Origin: Lama glama
Taxonomy: Eukaryota
Direction of reading: 5' to 3'
Assembly (NCBI GenBank): GCA_028534125.1
Contig: CM052817.1
Location: 63,924,001 to 63,988,000, forward strand
DNA length: 64,000 bases
The notes under the pieces are model-generated. The model had not been told where the DNA came from and ran no database searches. It saw only the letters and a list, made by a program, of their open reading frames with translations. The position numbers and the translations under genes were made by a program. Each line of letters opens with the position of its first letter. Within the stretch, counting starts at the first letter, position 1. Positions 40,051 through 53,939 of this stretch are shown one piece after another.

Positions 40051-41759
40051 TGCTAGTTTTTAGTGTTTGTGACCTTAACCTAAGAAGACTCAGAGAAGGT
40101 TGTTTTTTTTAAATATTGAATGCAAGGAAAAACTCTGCTTTTTTTTATATTAAGAATAACAAGATTTAGCAAATCAAAAAATCTCTAAGTTCACAATAAA
40201 AATAATGTATTTCACTTCATTTTAAAAAAGGACCTAATTAAATACATGTCTTCACCGCTATCCAAACTCTCAATACCTGAACACAATTATTTAAATGACT
40301 TGCCAAACATCTTACCCAAAGTTCAATACTTAAGAAGAAACTTCTTATAATGAATCTGAAGATGCATGCCAGCAGAAAATGTGCCCTGTACAAATATGTT
40401 TTTTGCAAATTAAAAAGTAATATCTGCTACAGAACAGTATCACTGTCTACTACACAAATATACTAATAAGCTCAATAAAATTTTTTAAATTAGGTAACTG
40501 GTGTTTTAAATACCTTGCTGAAATCCTTGTGCAATTATTATATAGCTGTTTAAGAGCTCTTGGGGAAACTGACATAGGACTTTGCACAGACTGGTTAAAT
40601 TATTTTTTTGTCAATGAAAAATAACAGAACACAGGTTCCTGCTACCCAAATACTTGCTATCCACCATGATATCAGGAATGGATTAAATTTGGAAAATGAA
40701 GTTATGCAAAATAAACAACTATCAGAATAAACAACCTAAAAAACTTTCCCATACCTTCCAACTTAAGAATGACTATTACAATTTATATGGAATCTGGACA
40801 TTTCCAGCTTGCCTTAAAAGTCCTCTATTTCCACCTTCAGGGTTCTCTCAGTACTCATTAAAACAGTCTCACTTAGAATAGTCAGATTAGTCTGCCAGCT
40901 ACACACACAATATGTTTCCTACTTCTACTCAAAATGTCCTCATCTGCTATTCTACATCAATCTGTTGTCCAATATTTCCTCTAAGAGCTAGCTCAATATA
41001 ATTTTATCTCTTCTTTCAATAATTCTTTTAATGTACCATGTGTTCAGGATTTAACTTCAATAAGACATAATCCCTCAAGAATGGCATGATTTGGTGGCAG
41101 AAACAGACATGGTAAGACAGTATGATAAATGCCATGATTGAGAAATCCATAGATAACCAGGAGCTGAATCTCAAAGAATGAGTGGGAGTCAGGGGTATGA
41201 AGAGAAAGGGAGCATTCTAGGAGAAAGGCTACATTATACAGAGGGAGAGAGGTAAGGGATGGGAATGAAGAATGGCAAATTCAGGGAAATGAAGGCAGTT
41301 CAACAGGACTCAAGTCCAGTATGAATATAGAAGAATTATAATACATGCAGTTGGAGTAGTTGCTAAGGGTCAGATTATAACAGCTTTCTATGTCATGATA
41401 TGGAGTATTAAGGCCCATTTCACTCAATATATCCCTGTGTTTTACATACACTCTATTTTTAACCTTCATAGCTTTATGTCATTCACTCGTTTAGCAAATG
41501 TTAGAGGAAGCACCATGTATTTTCTCTAATTGTTTCCGCCACGTGATTTATGTCTCCAATTAAAAAAAAAAACCCTGTTTTTCATTTGTTTTTAACTTCT
41601 GAAGTCCTAAAGCAACTAGTGTAATACTAAGCACACAATACTCACCTCAGTAAATGCTTCCTGAATTTAAACATTAAAAACCTAATTATCATCAGGTTAT
41701 TTAAAGTCATTAAACTAGCTTTTATCTTGGCAATAATCCTAAATTAGCAAAAGGTAAAT

Positions 41760-43060
41760 AACACATGCAGAGAATTACAGTGTCTCTCCTCCAGAAAAAT
41801 AAATAAATAATTCAGTAAGAGCCTCCCTTCTCTGCCTTTCATTTTCGGCAAGCTCCCTGAAAGAGCAAACAGTCTATATTCACAGGACCCTCTTCCTTAT
41901 CATCCATCCATTCCTCAGTCCACTGCCACCTTGCTATCTTCAACCCAGTCCATCAGAAGTGCTTTGCTAAAGGAACCAGTGATCCCAAAATTCTGCAAAG
42001 TACAGTGGATCATTTTCACTTCTTATCTTTATTAACTTACCCAAAGTACTTAACAAGTGGCAACTACTTTCTTGAAATACAATCCTCCTTTGGCTCCTGT
42101 GAGATCACTCCTTCGCTATTCCACCCCTACCATTTTTAATCCTCCTTGTTCCTTTCCTAGATTCCTCTTCCTCCATTTATCCATCAAATGCTGTCAGTCT
42201 CTCTGGTTCAAGCTTTACTATTTTTGGATTATATAACTTAACCCAAAGACTAATTCCTTAACTTCCAGCCCATATTTTTCTCAATATTTTAACTACCTTC
42301 AAAACATTTCTGTCTATATAACAAATAGTGCTTAATACAATGTGACTCCCCAGTATTATGCAGGTATGCACACACACTGTGGTAAGCCATCTATCTCTCT
42401 AACTCTCTACAGCACCACTCACTTAGAATGCCAAGTGAGAAATCTAGAAATCATCCTCAATACTTCCTTCCCACTCATCCTCCCACATCAAATTAATCAC
42501 TAGATAAAGCCAATGCTAATATTCAAATATACGTCATTTCACTATCCTAATACAGGCATCCACTATGTGAATCACTATGTATCACTGCATGACTTCTCCC
42601 TCCCTCCCTTTCCCCATATCCCACCCATTTGACACACAGCTTACTGTCCTATTATTCTGAAACTACAAAACTGTTCATGAATTTTCTGCTTATTTATTAA
42701 TTTACCATCCCCTATTGATTAAAAATAATAACTGATCTTCTCAAATCTTGATGGCTTTCCACATCCTTTTGGCCTATAATATTCTATACCATTTGACAAA
42801 CACCTATTCAACCTTCAAAACATAACTCAAATATACTTTGGAATTCTTTCCTGGCTTGTGTCATCCCCCAAGAAGAATCAATGGCTTTCTATTCTGAAGT
42901 CTCACTGTATCTTATTTGGATATCATTGTACAATTGTTTACATATTTGTATCTTCCATCAATGTGTGAGTTCCTTGATTCAAAAAACTTTGTACTATATT
43001 CATCATCTTTCTAACCACAGCATGGGGTAGGTGTTCATTCAATAGTCACTACATGAGTAA
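41760..43060 (+). mobile_element. L2 LINE 3' region
   Basis: Pyrimidine-rich L2 motifs 'aaatctagaaatcatcctc' and 'tgtgagttccttga'; L2-type 3' end. Confidence 0.7.
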
Positions 43061-43061
43061 T

Positions 43062-43340
43062 AGTAATAGCTATCACTTATTGAGTATTAACAAGTGTCAC
43101 ACACTGTGTTAAGCTGTGTGTGTATGTGTGTGTATATAATCACATTTCATTGGATTCTCACAATAACATTTTTGTTATATTTTTGTATGTAATATTAATT
43201 CATATTTTAGAGATTTAAAAGAAAAATATATAGGTTTAAAATGGCAAAATAACTTGCCTAAGGTCACAAGACTAGTATGTAATGAAACAAGAAAGTGTAT
43301 TGTGATTCCAAAGCCTGAACTCTTTGCCACAAAACTATGA
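43062..43340 (-). mobile_element. MIR
   Basis: 'atagctatcacttattgagtatt...aacttgcctaaggtcaca...gattccaaagcc'. Confidence 0.65.
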
Positions 43341-44443
43341 ATAAGTCAAAGAAAGCTTTATTTTATAGTTTTCAAATTTTTACCATGAATATGACGTTAG
43401 CATATATAAAACTCACTAATAATACTACAATCTATTTTACAGTTAGACTTGAAGATATCAGATTGTCTTCCAAAGGATATTCAATGTTTAATCAATAAAT
43501 AAATGTTTCCAACTTCATCCTCACTGCTTTTCTCACACATAATTTTGTCTATTTATATTTTAACGATTTAATCCTTTCATCCCATCTTTCTTAACACCTT
43601 TTTTCTTTGAAACCCATAACTTAAAAATTGGAAAAGTTTTATTAGAAACTAAGAAAAGTGAGCACTTAGATTTCTGGATACAGTAACCATAATTCAAACA
43701 ATTAACTTGTGTTTGGGGGAGAAAAACATACTGAACTGAGTGCAAGTCTTCCTAAATCTTTGTTTATCCTCAAATTTCCACTCTTTCAAGGTCACCACTA
43801 CATATTGCTAGCTACAATAAATTGCCAAGTGTCTGTTATAATGCCCACAAATTAAGTTGTTTAATAAATATTAAAGATGAACAGTGAAAAATGAAAAAGT
43901 GAAATTTTTGCATCAGAAATAATGGAACAATCCACTCATAAGAGAAAATCATTAATAATAATATGATAGCAGGCTTCAAATAATCACAAAAGACTAAATA
44001 TTATTACTGCCTTAATTTTTTAGCATATTTTTACTAATTTGAAATTACAACATTCTCCTTGAGATCTACTTTATATCTACTGAAGATTAGTAAGTTATTT
44101 TTAGGTATATATTAATCCAGAGAAAAAGCAAATTTATAAATTGCACCTTCAAAATACAGCTTTTAAAATTCTAACAATTTTGATAAATTTACATACATAA
44201 ACAAAGAGAAACAAACAGCTCTCTTAGTTTGCAACCAGAACTTAACATTTTAAAATATATAGTTCCAAATTATTTCAATTTGGCAGAACTTCCAAAGAAC
44301 TAAAACTTCCAATTTAGGTTTGTTCAGGAAAACTACAAGGCAAATTTTCATACCTTACCACATACTTGTGAATCATCTGTTTTAATGAATATGGGAAATA
44401 AATGAATAAATAAGGTTTTGTGTCAACAAAGATCCAAAGTATT

Positions 44444-44458
44444 GGCGCCACCTAGTGA
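44444..44458 (-). promoter_or_regulatory. Candidate CTCF site
   Basis: Minus strand TCACTAGGTGGCGCC, close to the CTCF core, with its CpG retained in AT-rich DNA. Confidence 0.45.
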
Positions 44459-45199
44459 AATTTTACTCCATTTTTTTTTTAACTGGTCAGAAGTTATTAC
44501 AGCAACTTCGTAAGTTTTTTCTCACCAAATCAAAGAACTTCAATAGAAACTATCATTAAATATTTTTGTATGTTAAAGACTTCATTAATGTTAAGGAAGA
44601 TACTAAAAAGAATTTTAATTGCCAAAGGCAGAACATACTTCTGTGGAAAACATTCAGTTTGAGTAAAAGTTAATGTTTGTGTTTCTTAACAAAAGTTCTC
44701 AATAGAGTAAAATGCCATAATACATTCAAAATATATATTGTAACAATACCATGTATACAACAGAATTAAACAGATCTCAGGGATATGATAAATAAAAAAC
44801 ACTATCATTCATATTTATACTCACATTAATATATACTGTATTTTGTTGTACAATTTAAAAAATGCTTAAATCTGAAGACATTGGAGCACTTATTTGTTTA
44901 ATTTATTGCTTTAAAACTTATCCTCCTAAGATAATATTATAAATGGGATGAACTTTTTCTCTAAATTCAAATTTTAAAATAAAACTGCTCATTTTTTCAG
45001 ATCTGTAATCAATTCATTCAAAAATCATTATTAAACATTACATATCTCACTTCACTAACTATATGTATACAGAAAAACAAGTAGAATAAAAGATTCTTGT
45101 CCTCTAAGAACAATGGTGTAACTGGAGACCTAAGATAGATACATTTTTTAAAAAAGATTCCATATATAAGAAATAGTGTCAATCAAATTAATCATAAGA

Positions 45200-46050
45200 G
45201 AAAATCAAATCAAACTTATAAAATTCTTATAAGTCAATAATAAAAAAACAAATACTCCAATTTTAAAATGTGCAAAAGATCTCTAAACATCATTAGTTTT
45301 CAGGAAATGCAAAACTAAACCACAATAAATTATCACTTCACACCCACTAGGATGGCTATGATTAAAAAGATAATAGCAAGTGTTGCAATGATTTAGAGAA
45401 ATTAGAACCTTCATACTTTGGTGATTATAATGTAAAACAGTGCAGCTGCTTTGCAGAACAGCTCCACAAAAAAAGTCAAACTTGTAATATTATTCAGCAA
45501 CTTCACTCCTACCCAAGATAAATGAAAACGTATGTCCACACACAGCCTTGTACACCAATGTTTATAGCATTATTACTATGCTCATTTTTCTTATGCTTTC
45601 TTTTAGCATATTTTTATACTTATTTTTATTCTTAGCCAAAAAGTAGATATGACTCAAATGTGCACCAACTGAGGAATGGATAAACAAAATGTGGTAGAAC
45701 CATACAATGGAATATTATTCAGCCATAAAAAGAAATGGAATATTGATACATGCTACAACATGGAAAACATTATGTCAAGTGAAAGAAGCCAGTCACCAAA
45801 AGACAATGATCCCATATATGTGAAATATCCAGATAGGCAAATCTACAGAGAAATAAAGTAAATTGATTGCATACAGCTAGGAGAATTGGGAGTAAATGGA
45901 AAATGACTGCTAACTGGGGTGAGTTAAATATTCTAAAATTGATGTGGTGATGGTTGTACAACACTGCAAATATACTAAAACATCAAATTATATACTTTAA
46001 ATGGATGAATTATATTGTAGGTCAATTATATCAAATAAAACTATTTTTTC
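45200..46050 (+). mobile_element. L1MB-type 3' end
   Basis: 'tatcacttcacacccactaggatggct', 'aatggataaacaaaatgtggt' and 'gatgtggtgatggttgtacaac'. Confidence 0.8.
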
Positions 46051-46089
46051 AACAAAGCAAACTTCTAAATTAAAATGAAGTGTATTTTG

Positions 46090-49000
46090 AGGTTAAGGCA
46101 AGATGATAGAGTAGAAAAACCCTGAACTCGCTTCCTCTCATGAGCACACTAAAAGCACAACTATCTGTAGAACAACCATTGAGGAAAAAGAATGGAACAC
46201 ACCAGAAAAAAAATATTGTACAACTAAAGACATAAGGAAGAAACCATAAGATGGGTGGGAGGTACAGACTTGCAATATAATCAAATCCCATACTCACAGG
46301 TGGACAGCTCACAAACTGGAGAATAATTATACTGTAGAGGTTCTTCCACAGGAGTGAGAGTTCTAAGCCCCACATCGAACTCATCAGTTCAGGGGTCCCC
46401 TGCACCAGGAAGACAATCCCCCAGAGCATTTGGCTCTGAAGACCAGCTGAGCTTAATTTTGGAAGCCACAGGACTAGGGAAATAGAGACTTCACTGTTAA
46501 GGACTAACATAAAATCTCATGCACACCAGCAACCAGGGAAAAAGCAATGTGAGCCTGAGCAAGACTTACCTGCTGATCTTGGAGAGTCTTCTGGGGAGGT
46601 GGGGGCCAGCTGTGGCTCACTCGGGGTACACAGACATGGGGGATAGCCATATTTAGGAATATTATACCACATGAACACTGCTGCTGGTGGTTGCCATCTT
46701 GGATCATTAGCACCAAGACCTGGCCCTACCCAACATCCTGTAGGCAACAGTACTGAGATACCTCAGGCCAAGTAACTAACTGGGCAGGGACACAGCCCCA
46801 CCCATCAGCAGACAGGCTGCTTCAAGACTACCTAAGCCCACAATCACCTCTAGACATGCTCCTAGACGCAGCCTTACCCAACAGATGGTCAAGACTCAAC
46901 TCCACCCACCAGGGGGCAGATACCAGATGCAGGAAAACTATGATCCCGTGCCTATGGATCCAGCCCACCACAACAGGCCAGGCTCTATGCTGGAACCAGC
47001 TGGGCCCTGGCCATGTTCATCAGAAAGCCAATGCAAGATTCAGGACACCCTGGACCACATACCCAACTGTGTCTGGAACTGGCTCCACCAACTACCAATG
47101 ATCTGAAATGAGCTCAGGCTCCCTGGGCCTTGTAGCCAGAATCCATGAAACAGCTCTGCCTGTCAGTGGACCAGCACTAACCATAGGACCTGCCTTCACC
47201 CACCAGTGGGTGGGCAACAGCCCTGGAGTGCTCAGGACCCTGACTCCATCCACCAGTGCGCAAGCACTAGCTGCAGGACCTCCTATGGTTCTACAGCCAA
47301 CCATTTTGTGACCAAGCCCTATTAAACAAGAACAAGTAGCATCTGCACAAGGCAGAACCTGGGAAACAACTGGACTAGGGGCCAATCAAGCTATCAGACC
47401 ACCCACATAATCAGCCCACCACAACAGAAGGATCCATGCAGCCCTCTTAGGGGGGAACCCTTAGAGCATGTAACTTTGGTGATGAGAAGGTACTGCTGGG
47501 ACAAACAGGATGGCTCCTACAGAAGGCCACATCAACCAGGTAAATGCAATTAACCTACCACATACAGAAAAAAAAGTGGGGGGGCGGGGGGCAACACAGA
47601 CAAGATGGCTGGTAGAGGAACACTTTCCAGATGAAGGAACAAGATAAAACCCCAGAAGAAGAACTAAGTGAAGTGGAGATAAGCAATCTACCTGAGAAGG
47701 AGTTCAGAGGAACAATCATAAAGACGATCAAAGAACTTGGGAGAGGAATGAATGCACAGAACAAGAAGTTACAAGTTCTTAACAAAGAGTTAAAGAACAA
47801 CCAAACAGAAATGAAGAATACAATAACTGAAATGAAAAATACACTAGAAGAAATTTATAGTCGATTAAATGATACACAGAAATGGATCAGAGAGCTGAAG
47901 ACAGAGTAGTGGAAATCACTGCCACTGAACAGAAAAAGAAAAAAGAATGAAAAGTTATAAGGACAGTTTAAGAAACATCTGGGACAACATGAATCACACT
48001 AATTCACATTACAGAAGTCCCAGAAAGAGAAGAGAGAAAGGGCCTAATAAAATATTTGAAGAAATAATAGCTGAAAACTTCCCTAACCTGAGAGAGGAAA
48101 CAAATATCCAAGTCCAGGAAGCACAGAGAGCCCCATACAGGGTTAACCCAAAGAGGAAGACACAAAGGAGCATTCTAATTAAAATGACAAAAATTAAAGA
48201 TAAACAGAATATTAAAGGCATCAAGGGAAAAGCAACAAATAACATATATAACAAATAAATAACATAACATAAGGCTATCAGCTGATTTTTCAGCAGAAAC
48301 CCTGCAAGCCAGAAGGGAATGGCATCATATATTTAAAGTGATAAAAGTGAAAAACCTACAACAGAGAATACTCTACCCAGCAAGGCTCTCATTCAGATTT
48401 GATAGATAAATCTAAAGCTTACAGATAAGCAAAAGCTGAAAGAGTTTAGCACTAACAAATCAGCTTTACAAGAAATGTCAAAGGAATTTTTCTAGGTTGA
48501 AAAGAGAAGGCCACAACTAAAAACAAGGAAATTACAAAATGAAAAAGCTCATCCATAAAGGCAAGTATACAGTAAAGGTAGGAAATCATCCACACATAGA
48601 AAGCTGGTACGGAGGTCAAAAGACAAAAGTAGTAAAAATCATCCATATTCACAATTAGCAGTTAAGGGATACAGAAAACAATTATATAAAAAATAGAATA
48701 CAAAAAACAGTAATTATGAGGGAAGAAGAATACAAATGCAGGATTGTTACAACATGTTTGAAATTAAAAGATCAGCAACTTAAAACAGTCACATACATAT
48801 ATATAGACTGCTATACAAAACCTCTTGGTAATCACAAACCAAAAATCTACAATAGATGCACACACACACACAAAAGGAATCCAAACCTAACACTAAAGAT
48901 AATCATCAATTCACAAATGAAGAGAACTGAAGAAGAAAGGGGAGGAAAAAAGACCTACAAAAACAAATTCAAAACAATTAACAAAATGTCAATAAGAACA

Positions 49001-51775
49001 TACATATCAATAATAACCTTAAATGCAAATGGCCTAAATGCTCCAACCAAAAGACACAGACTGGCCGATACAAAAACAAAGCCCCTATATATGTTGCCTA
49101 TAAGAGACTCATTTCCCATCTAGAGACACATACAGACTGAAAGTGAAGGGATAGAAAAAGGTGTTCATGTAAATGGAAATCAAAAGAAAGCCAGTGTAGC
49201 AATACTTCTATCATACAAAATAGACTTTAAAATAAAGACTGTTACAAGAGACAAAAGACACTACATAATGATCAGGTGATTAATCCAAGAACAAGATATA
49301 ACAACATATATGCACCCAACATAAGAGCACCTAAAAATATAGGACAAACATTAACAGACACAAAAAGAGAAATTGACAGTTAACACAGTAATAGTGGAGG
49401 ATCTTAACACCCCACTTACAATAATGAACAGATCATCCAGACTGAAAATCAGTAAGGAAGCATGGGCCTTAAATGACATATTAGACAAAATGGACTTAAT
49501 TGGTATTTATAGACCACTCCACCCCAAAGCAGCAAAATACATATTCTTTACAAGGGACTGTAAAAAACACAAACATGTGGAGGTTAAACAAGATAATAAT
49601 TAAAGAACCACTGAATCAATGAATACATTAAAGAGAAAATCAAAAAACACGTTGAGACAAATGAAAACAAAAACACAATGATTCAAAACCTCTGGGACAC
49701 AGCAAGAATGGTTCTAAGAGGAAAGTTTATAACAATACAAGTTTACCTCAGGAAACATGAAAAAATCTCAACTAAACAACCTAACTTACACCTATAGCAA
49801 CTACAGAAAGAACAAAACCCAACATTAGCAGAAGGAAAGAAATCATAAAGATCAGAGAAGAAATAAATGAAAGAGACTTAAAAAAAAAAACAGAAAACAT
49901 CAATCAATCAAGAAACTAAAAGCTGGTTCTTTGAAAAGATAAACAAAATTGATAAACCTTAGCCATACTTATCAAGAAAAAAAGGGAAAGAGCCCAAATC
50001 AATAAAATCAAAAGTGAAAAAGAAGTTACAACCGACACCGCAAAAATACAAAGGATCATGAGAGACTATGAACTATACACCAATAAAATGGACAATCTAG
50101 AAAAAATGGACAAATTCTTAGAAAGGTACAATCTCCCAAGTCTGAATCAGGAAGAAATAGAAAATATGAACAGACCAATTACCAGTACTGAAATTGAATC
50201 AGTAACTTAAAAACTCTCAAGAAACAAAAGTCCAGGACCAGATAGCTTCACAGTCAAATGCCACCAAACATTTAGAGAAGAGTTAACACCTAGCCTTCTG
50301 AAATTATTCCAAAAAACTGCAGAAGAAGCAATACTTCTGAACTCATTCTATGAGGCCACCATCACCTTGATACCAAAACCAGACAAAGATATCCCAAAAA
50401 ATGAAAATTACAAGCCAATGTCACTTATGAACAACTATGCAAAAATCCTCAACAAAATACTAGCAAAGCAAAGCCAACAATATATTTAAAAGACCATACA
50501 CTATGATCAAGTAGGATATATCCCAGGGATGCAAGGATTTCTCAATATCTGCAAATCAATCAGCATAATACACCACATTAACAAATTGAAGAATAAAAAC
50601 CATATGATCATCTCAATAGATGCAGAAAAAGCTTTCAATAAAATCAATATCCATCTATGATAAAAAAACTCTCCAGAAAGTGGCACAGAGGGAAAATACC
50701 TCAACACAATAAAGGCCTTACATGACAAACCCACAGCTAACACCATATTGAACAGTGAAAAGCTGAAAGTATTCCCTCCAAGAGAAGGAATAAGAAAAGG
50801 ATGCCCATCTCTCCACTTGTATTCAATATAGTTTTGCAAGTCCTAGCCACAGAAATAGAGAAGAAAAAGTTAAAAGGAATCCAAAGTGGAAAGGAAAAAA
50901 TAAAACTGTCACAGTTTGCAAATGACATACTATTCACAGAAAATCCTAAAGATGCAACCAGAAAACTTCTACAGCTCATCAATGAACTCAGCAAAGTTAC
51001 AGAATACAAAATTAATATACAGAAATCTTTGCATTTCTACACACTAACAACAAACTATCAGAGAAATTAAGGAAACAATCCCATTCACCATTGCATTAAA
51101 AAGAATAAAATACCTAGGATTAAGCCTACCAAAGGAGGCAAAAGACCTCTACTCTGAAAACTAACACTGATGAAAGAAACTGAAGACAACAACAGATGAG
51201 AAAATACATTGTGTTCTTGAATTGGAAGAGTCAATATTATTAAAATGACCACACTACACAAGGCAGTCTAGAGGTTCAGTGCAATCCCTATCAAAATACA
51301 AAGAGCATTTTTCACAAAACAAGAACTAATAATTTTAAAATTTGTATAGAAACACAAGACTCTAAATATCTCAAACAATCTTGAGAAAGAACAGAGCTGG
51401 AGGAATCATGCTCCCTGACTTCAGACTATACTACAGAGCTTCAGTAATCAGGGGGGACGGTATAGCTCAGTGGTGGAGTGCACGCTTAGCACACATGAGG
51501 CCCTGGGTTCAATCCTCAGTACCTCCATTAAAAAAAATTAATTACTAAACCTAATGACATCCCTCACCCCCCCAGAAAAGCTACAGCAATCAAAACAGTA
51601 TGGTACTGACATAAAAACAGGGACATAGATCAAGAGAATAGGATAGAGAGCCCAGAAATAAACCCACACACTTATGGTCAGTTAATCTACAACAAAGGAG
51701 GTGAGAATATACAATGGAGACAAGACAGTCTCTTCAGTAAGTGGAGCTGGGAAAACTGGACAGCTACAGAAAAAG
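46090..51775 (+). mobile_element. Artiodactyl L1: 5'UTR, ORF1 (about 47605-48500), spacer, ORF2 (from 48986), 3'-truncated and inactive
   Basis: ORF1p 'EEELSEVEISNLPEKEFR'; ORF2p 'MSIRTYISIITLNANGLNAPTKRHRL' and 'SPLVFNIVLQVLA...LSQFAND'; many frameshifts. Confidence 0.93.
51451..51576 (+). mobile_element. tRNA-Ala-derived SINE (vic-1-type, camelid)
   Basis: 'ggggggacggtatagctcagtggtggagtgcacgcttagcacacatgaggccctgggttcaatcctcagtacctcca' with A/B boxes and tail; TSD agagcttcagtaatca / aaagctacagcaatca. Confidence 0.85.
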
Positions 51776-51789
51776 AACCTGTAATTACA

Positions 51790-53900
51790 ATCCTGTAGTT
51801 ACAACCTTCCACTTTAACTTGATAACAACTTAATTCCAATCACATAGAAAGACACTAACCTTTTCCTACCCCCACATACACATATATTTTGTGTTCTTGT
51901 ACAGAGTTTGCTCCTTTTTATATTGCATACCATTAAAAAATACATTTACCTATTGACTTTTAGGGTTAAAATAATTTATGCACATCTTTACTGTGTTACA
52001 TTAATTTGTATGTGGTTATACACTTTACCCGACAGATTTAAATTTTCACATTGCTGTTCAGCATGTTTCTATCATAATTTGAAAAAAAAATCCCTTAAGC
52101 ACATCTTATATCTCTCCATTTCTAAAGAATAATATTTCCAGGTATAGTATTCTTATTTGGCAGGTGTTTTCCTTTCAGGACTTTGAGTATGTCTTCCCAC
52201 TCTCTATAAGCCTCAAGGTATTTGCTGAGAAACGCACTTATATTTCTTATGGAGGAAGGTGGGGAGGGAGGGAGGAATTCCTTATAAGTGATGAGCTGTA
52301 GTTCTCTTGCTGCATTTAAAATTCTCTGTCATTGACTTTTCATAATTTGATTATAATGTATCTCAGTATAATATTTGTTTCAGGACCTTTGAGCTTCATA
52401 AATATGCATGTTCTTCCTTTCCTAAATGATTTGGGAAGTTTTCAGCCATTATTTCTTTCTGCCCCTTTCTCTCTCTATGCCTTCTGAGACTCCCAAAATG
52501 TGTACATTGACTCTCTAACAGTGTCCCGTAAATCCTGCAGGCTTTCTTCACTAATTTTCATTCTTTTACCTTTTTTCTCTTCTTCATTTCAAATGACCTC
52601 TCTTCAAGTTCATAGATTCTATCTTTGACATGAATAGGTCTATTACTGAAGCTCCCTACTGCATTTTTCATTTCTCATTGTATTTTTCAGCTCCAGAATT
52701 TATTTGGTTCTTTATGATTTCCACCTTTGTTAAACTTCTCATTTTATTCATGTACTACCCTGATTTTGTTGAGCTGTACATCTTTGCTATCTTGTATTAA
52801 GGAAACTCTGTGAGCTACAAGTTTTGAATTCATTGACAGGCAATTAGTAGACCTCCATTTTGAGGGGGCCGGTTACTAGAAAATTATTCTTATCCTTCGG
52901 TGTTGTCCTGTTTTTTTGTCTGTTTCCTGTAGCTTTGTTGTTGTCTCATATTTGAGGGAGCAGTCACTTCTTCCAGACATTATGGGCTGGCTTCAGTGAG
53001 GAAAATACCTATGGATGGTTGTGAGGGCACCAGCTAGGTGGGGTGTGGTGGCTCCTGCTCCAGGGGACCAGAGCAGAGGTTCCAATTCCAAAAAGATATA
53101 CACTCCAAGAAAAAGAATACCCTCCATGAAAGTCCAACACTTGAGGTAAATGTCTTCCAAGACCGTAGGGTTCTTTGTCAGCCAAGGCTGCAGGTACCCA
53201 TAGCACCTGGATGTGGTACTGCACCAAAGGCTGTCGGGATCCTCAATGTCAAAGGCTACTGCAGTATTCCTCAGCAAAGTCTCCCCAGGGGTATGTCATG
53301 GCCAAAGGGATCCTCATGGATTTGGTCTGGTGCAGGAGCATACTTACTGCAGTGGTGGTGGTACCAGTGTCTGAGATGTGGACCCACAGAGAACTGCCAC
53401 AGAGCCACGGTCTTGGTTGTGTGCATGGCTGTGAAAGGTGGGTAGTGGCTAGAGCCCTCGGGGGATAAGGGAGATTGTGGCAGCTCCTTCTCCAAGAGAG
53501 ACACAGTGGCATGAAATCCAGGTAGCTCCATCAGCTGGCTTAAGCATTGATGAACACTGAGAGTATCCTCCCTAGTGAAAATTTCAGATGTCCGTGGTAA
53601 TGACAAGGGCTGCCTGCTTTCCTTTCCCACCTTGGGGGAGGTCTCACTGATAGGATCCTTCTTGACAATGAACTGTGATGGACTGAAGGATGAGGTGACG
53701 TAGGTTAAATGCCTCCTACAATTTTCTATGTAATCATCCTTAGTTTTTGAGCTCCTTGGGGTTTCTATAGCTTCTTCACTGTAGTCCAGAGCTTCCCCAG
53801 AGCTGTTTTCATCAGTATATAGTTGTTTATTGAGTGCTATTTTTTTTGTGGGGAGAGAACAATGTTGGGACTCTGAGTTCACCATATCATTGATGTTGCT
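51790..53900 (-). mobile_element. Older L1 (L1M-type) 5'UTR plus ORF1
   Basis: Antisense ORF1 motifs 'ttgggaagttttcagccattatttct' and 'ttttcagctccagaattt', followed by a GC-richer 5'UTR. Confidence 0.75.
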
Positions 53901-53939
53901 TCTAGAAAATATTTTACATTTAAAAAACTTGTTTCCCAA

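Noticed and set aside
46070..47385. Multiple overlapping ORFs
   Set aside because: All fall within the L1 5'UTR
51451..51527. Apparent tRNA-Ala gene
   Set aside because: Has a SINE tail and TSD, sits inside an L1, and deviates from the tRNA sequence
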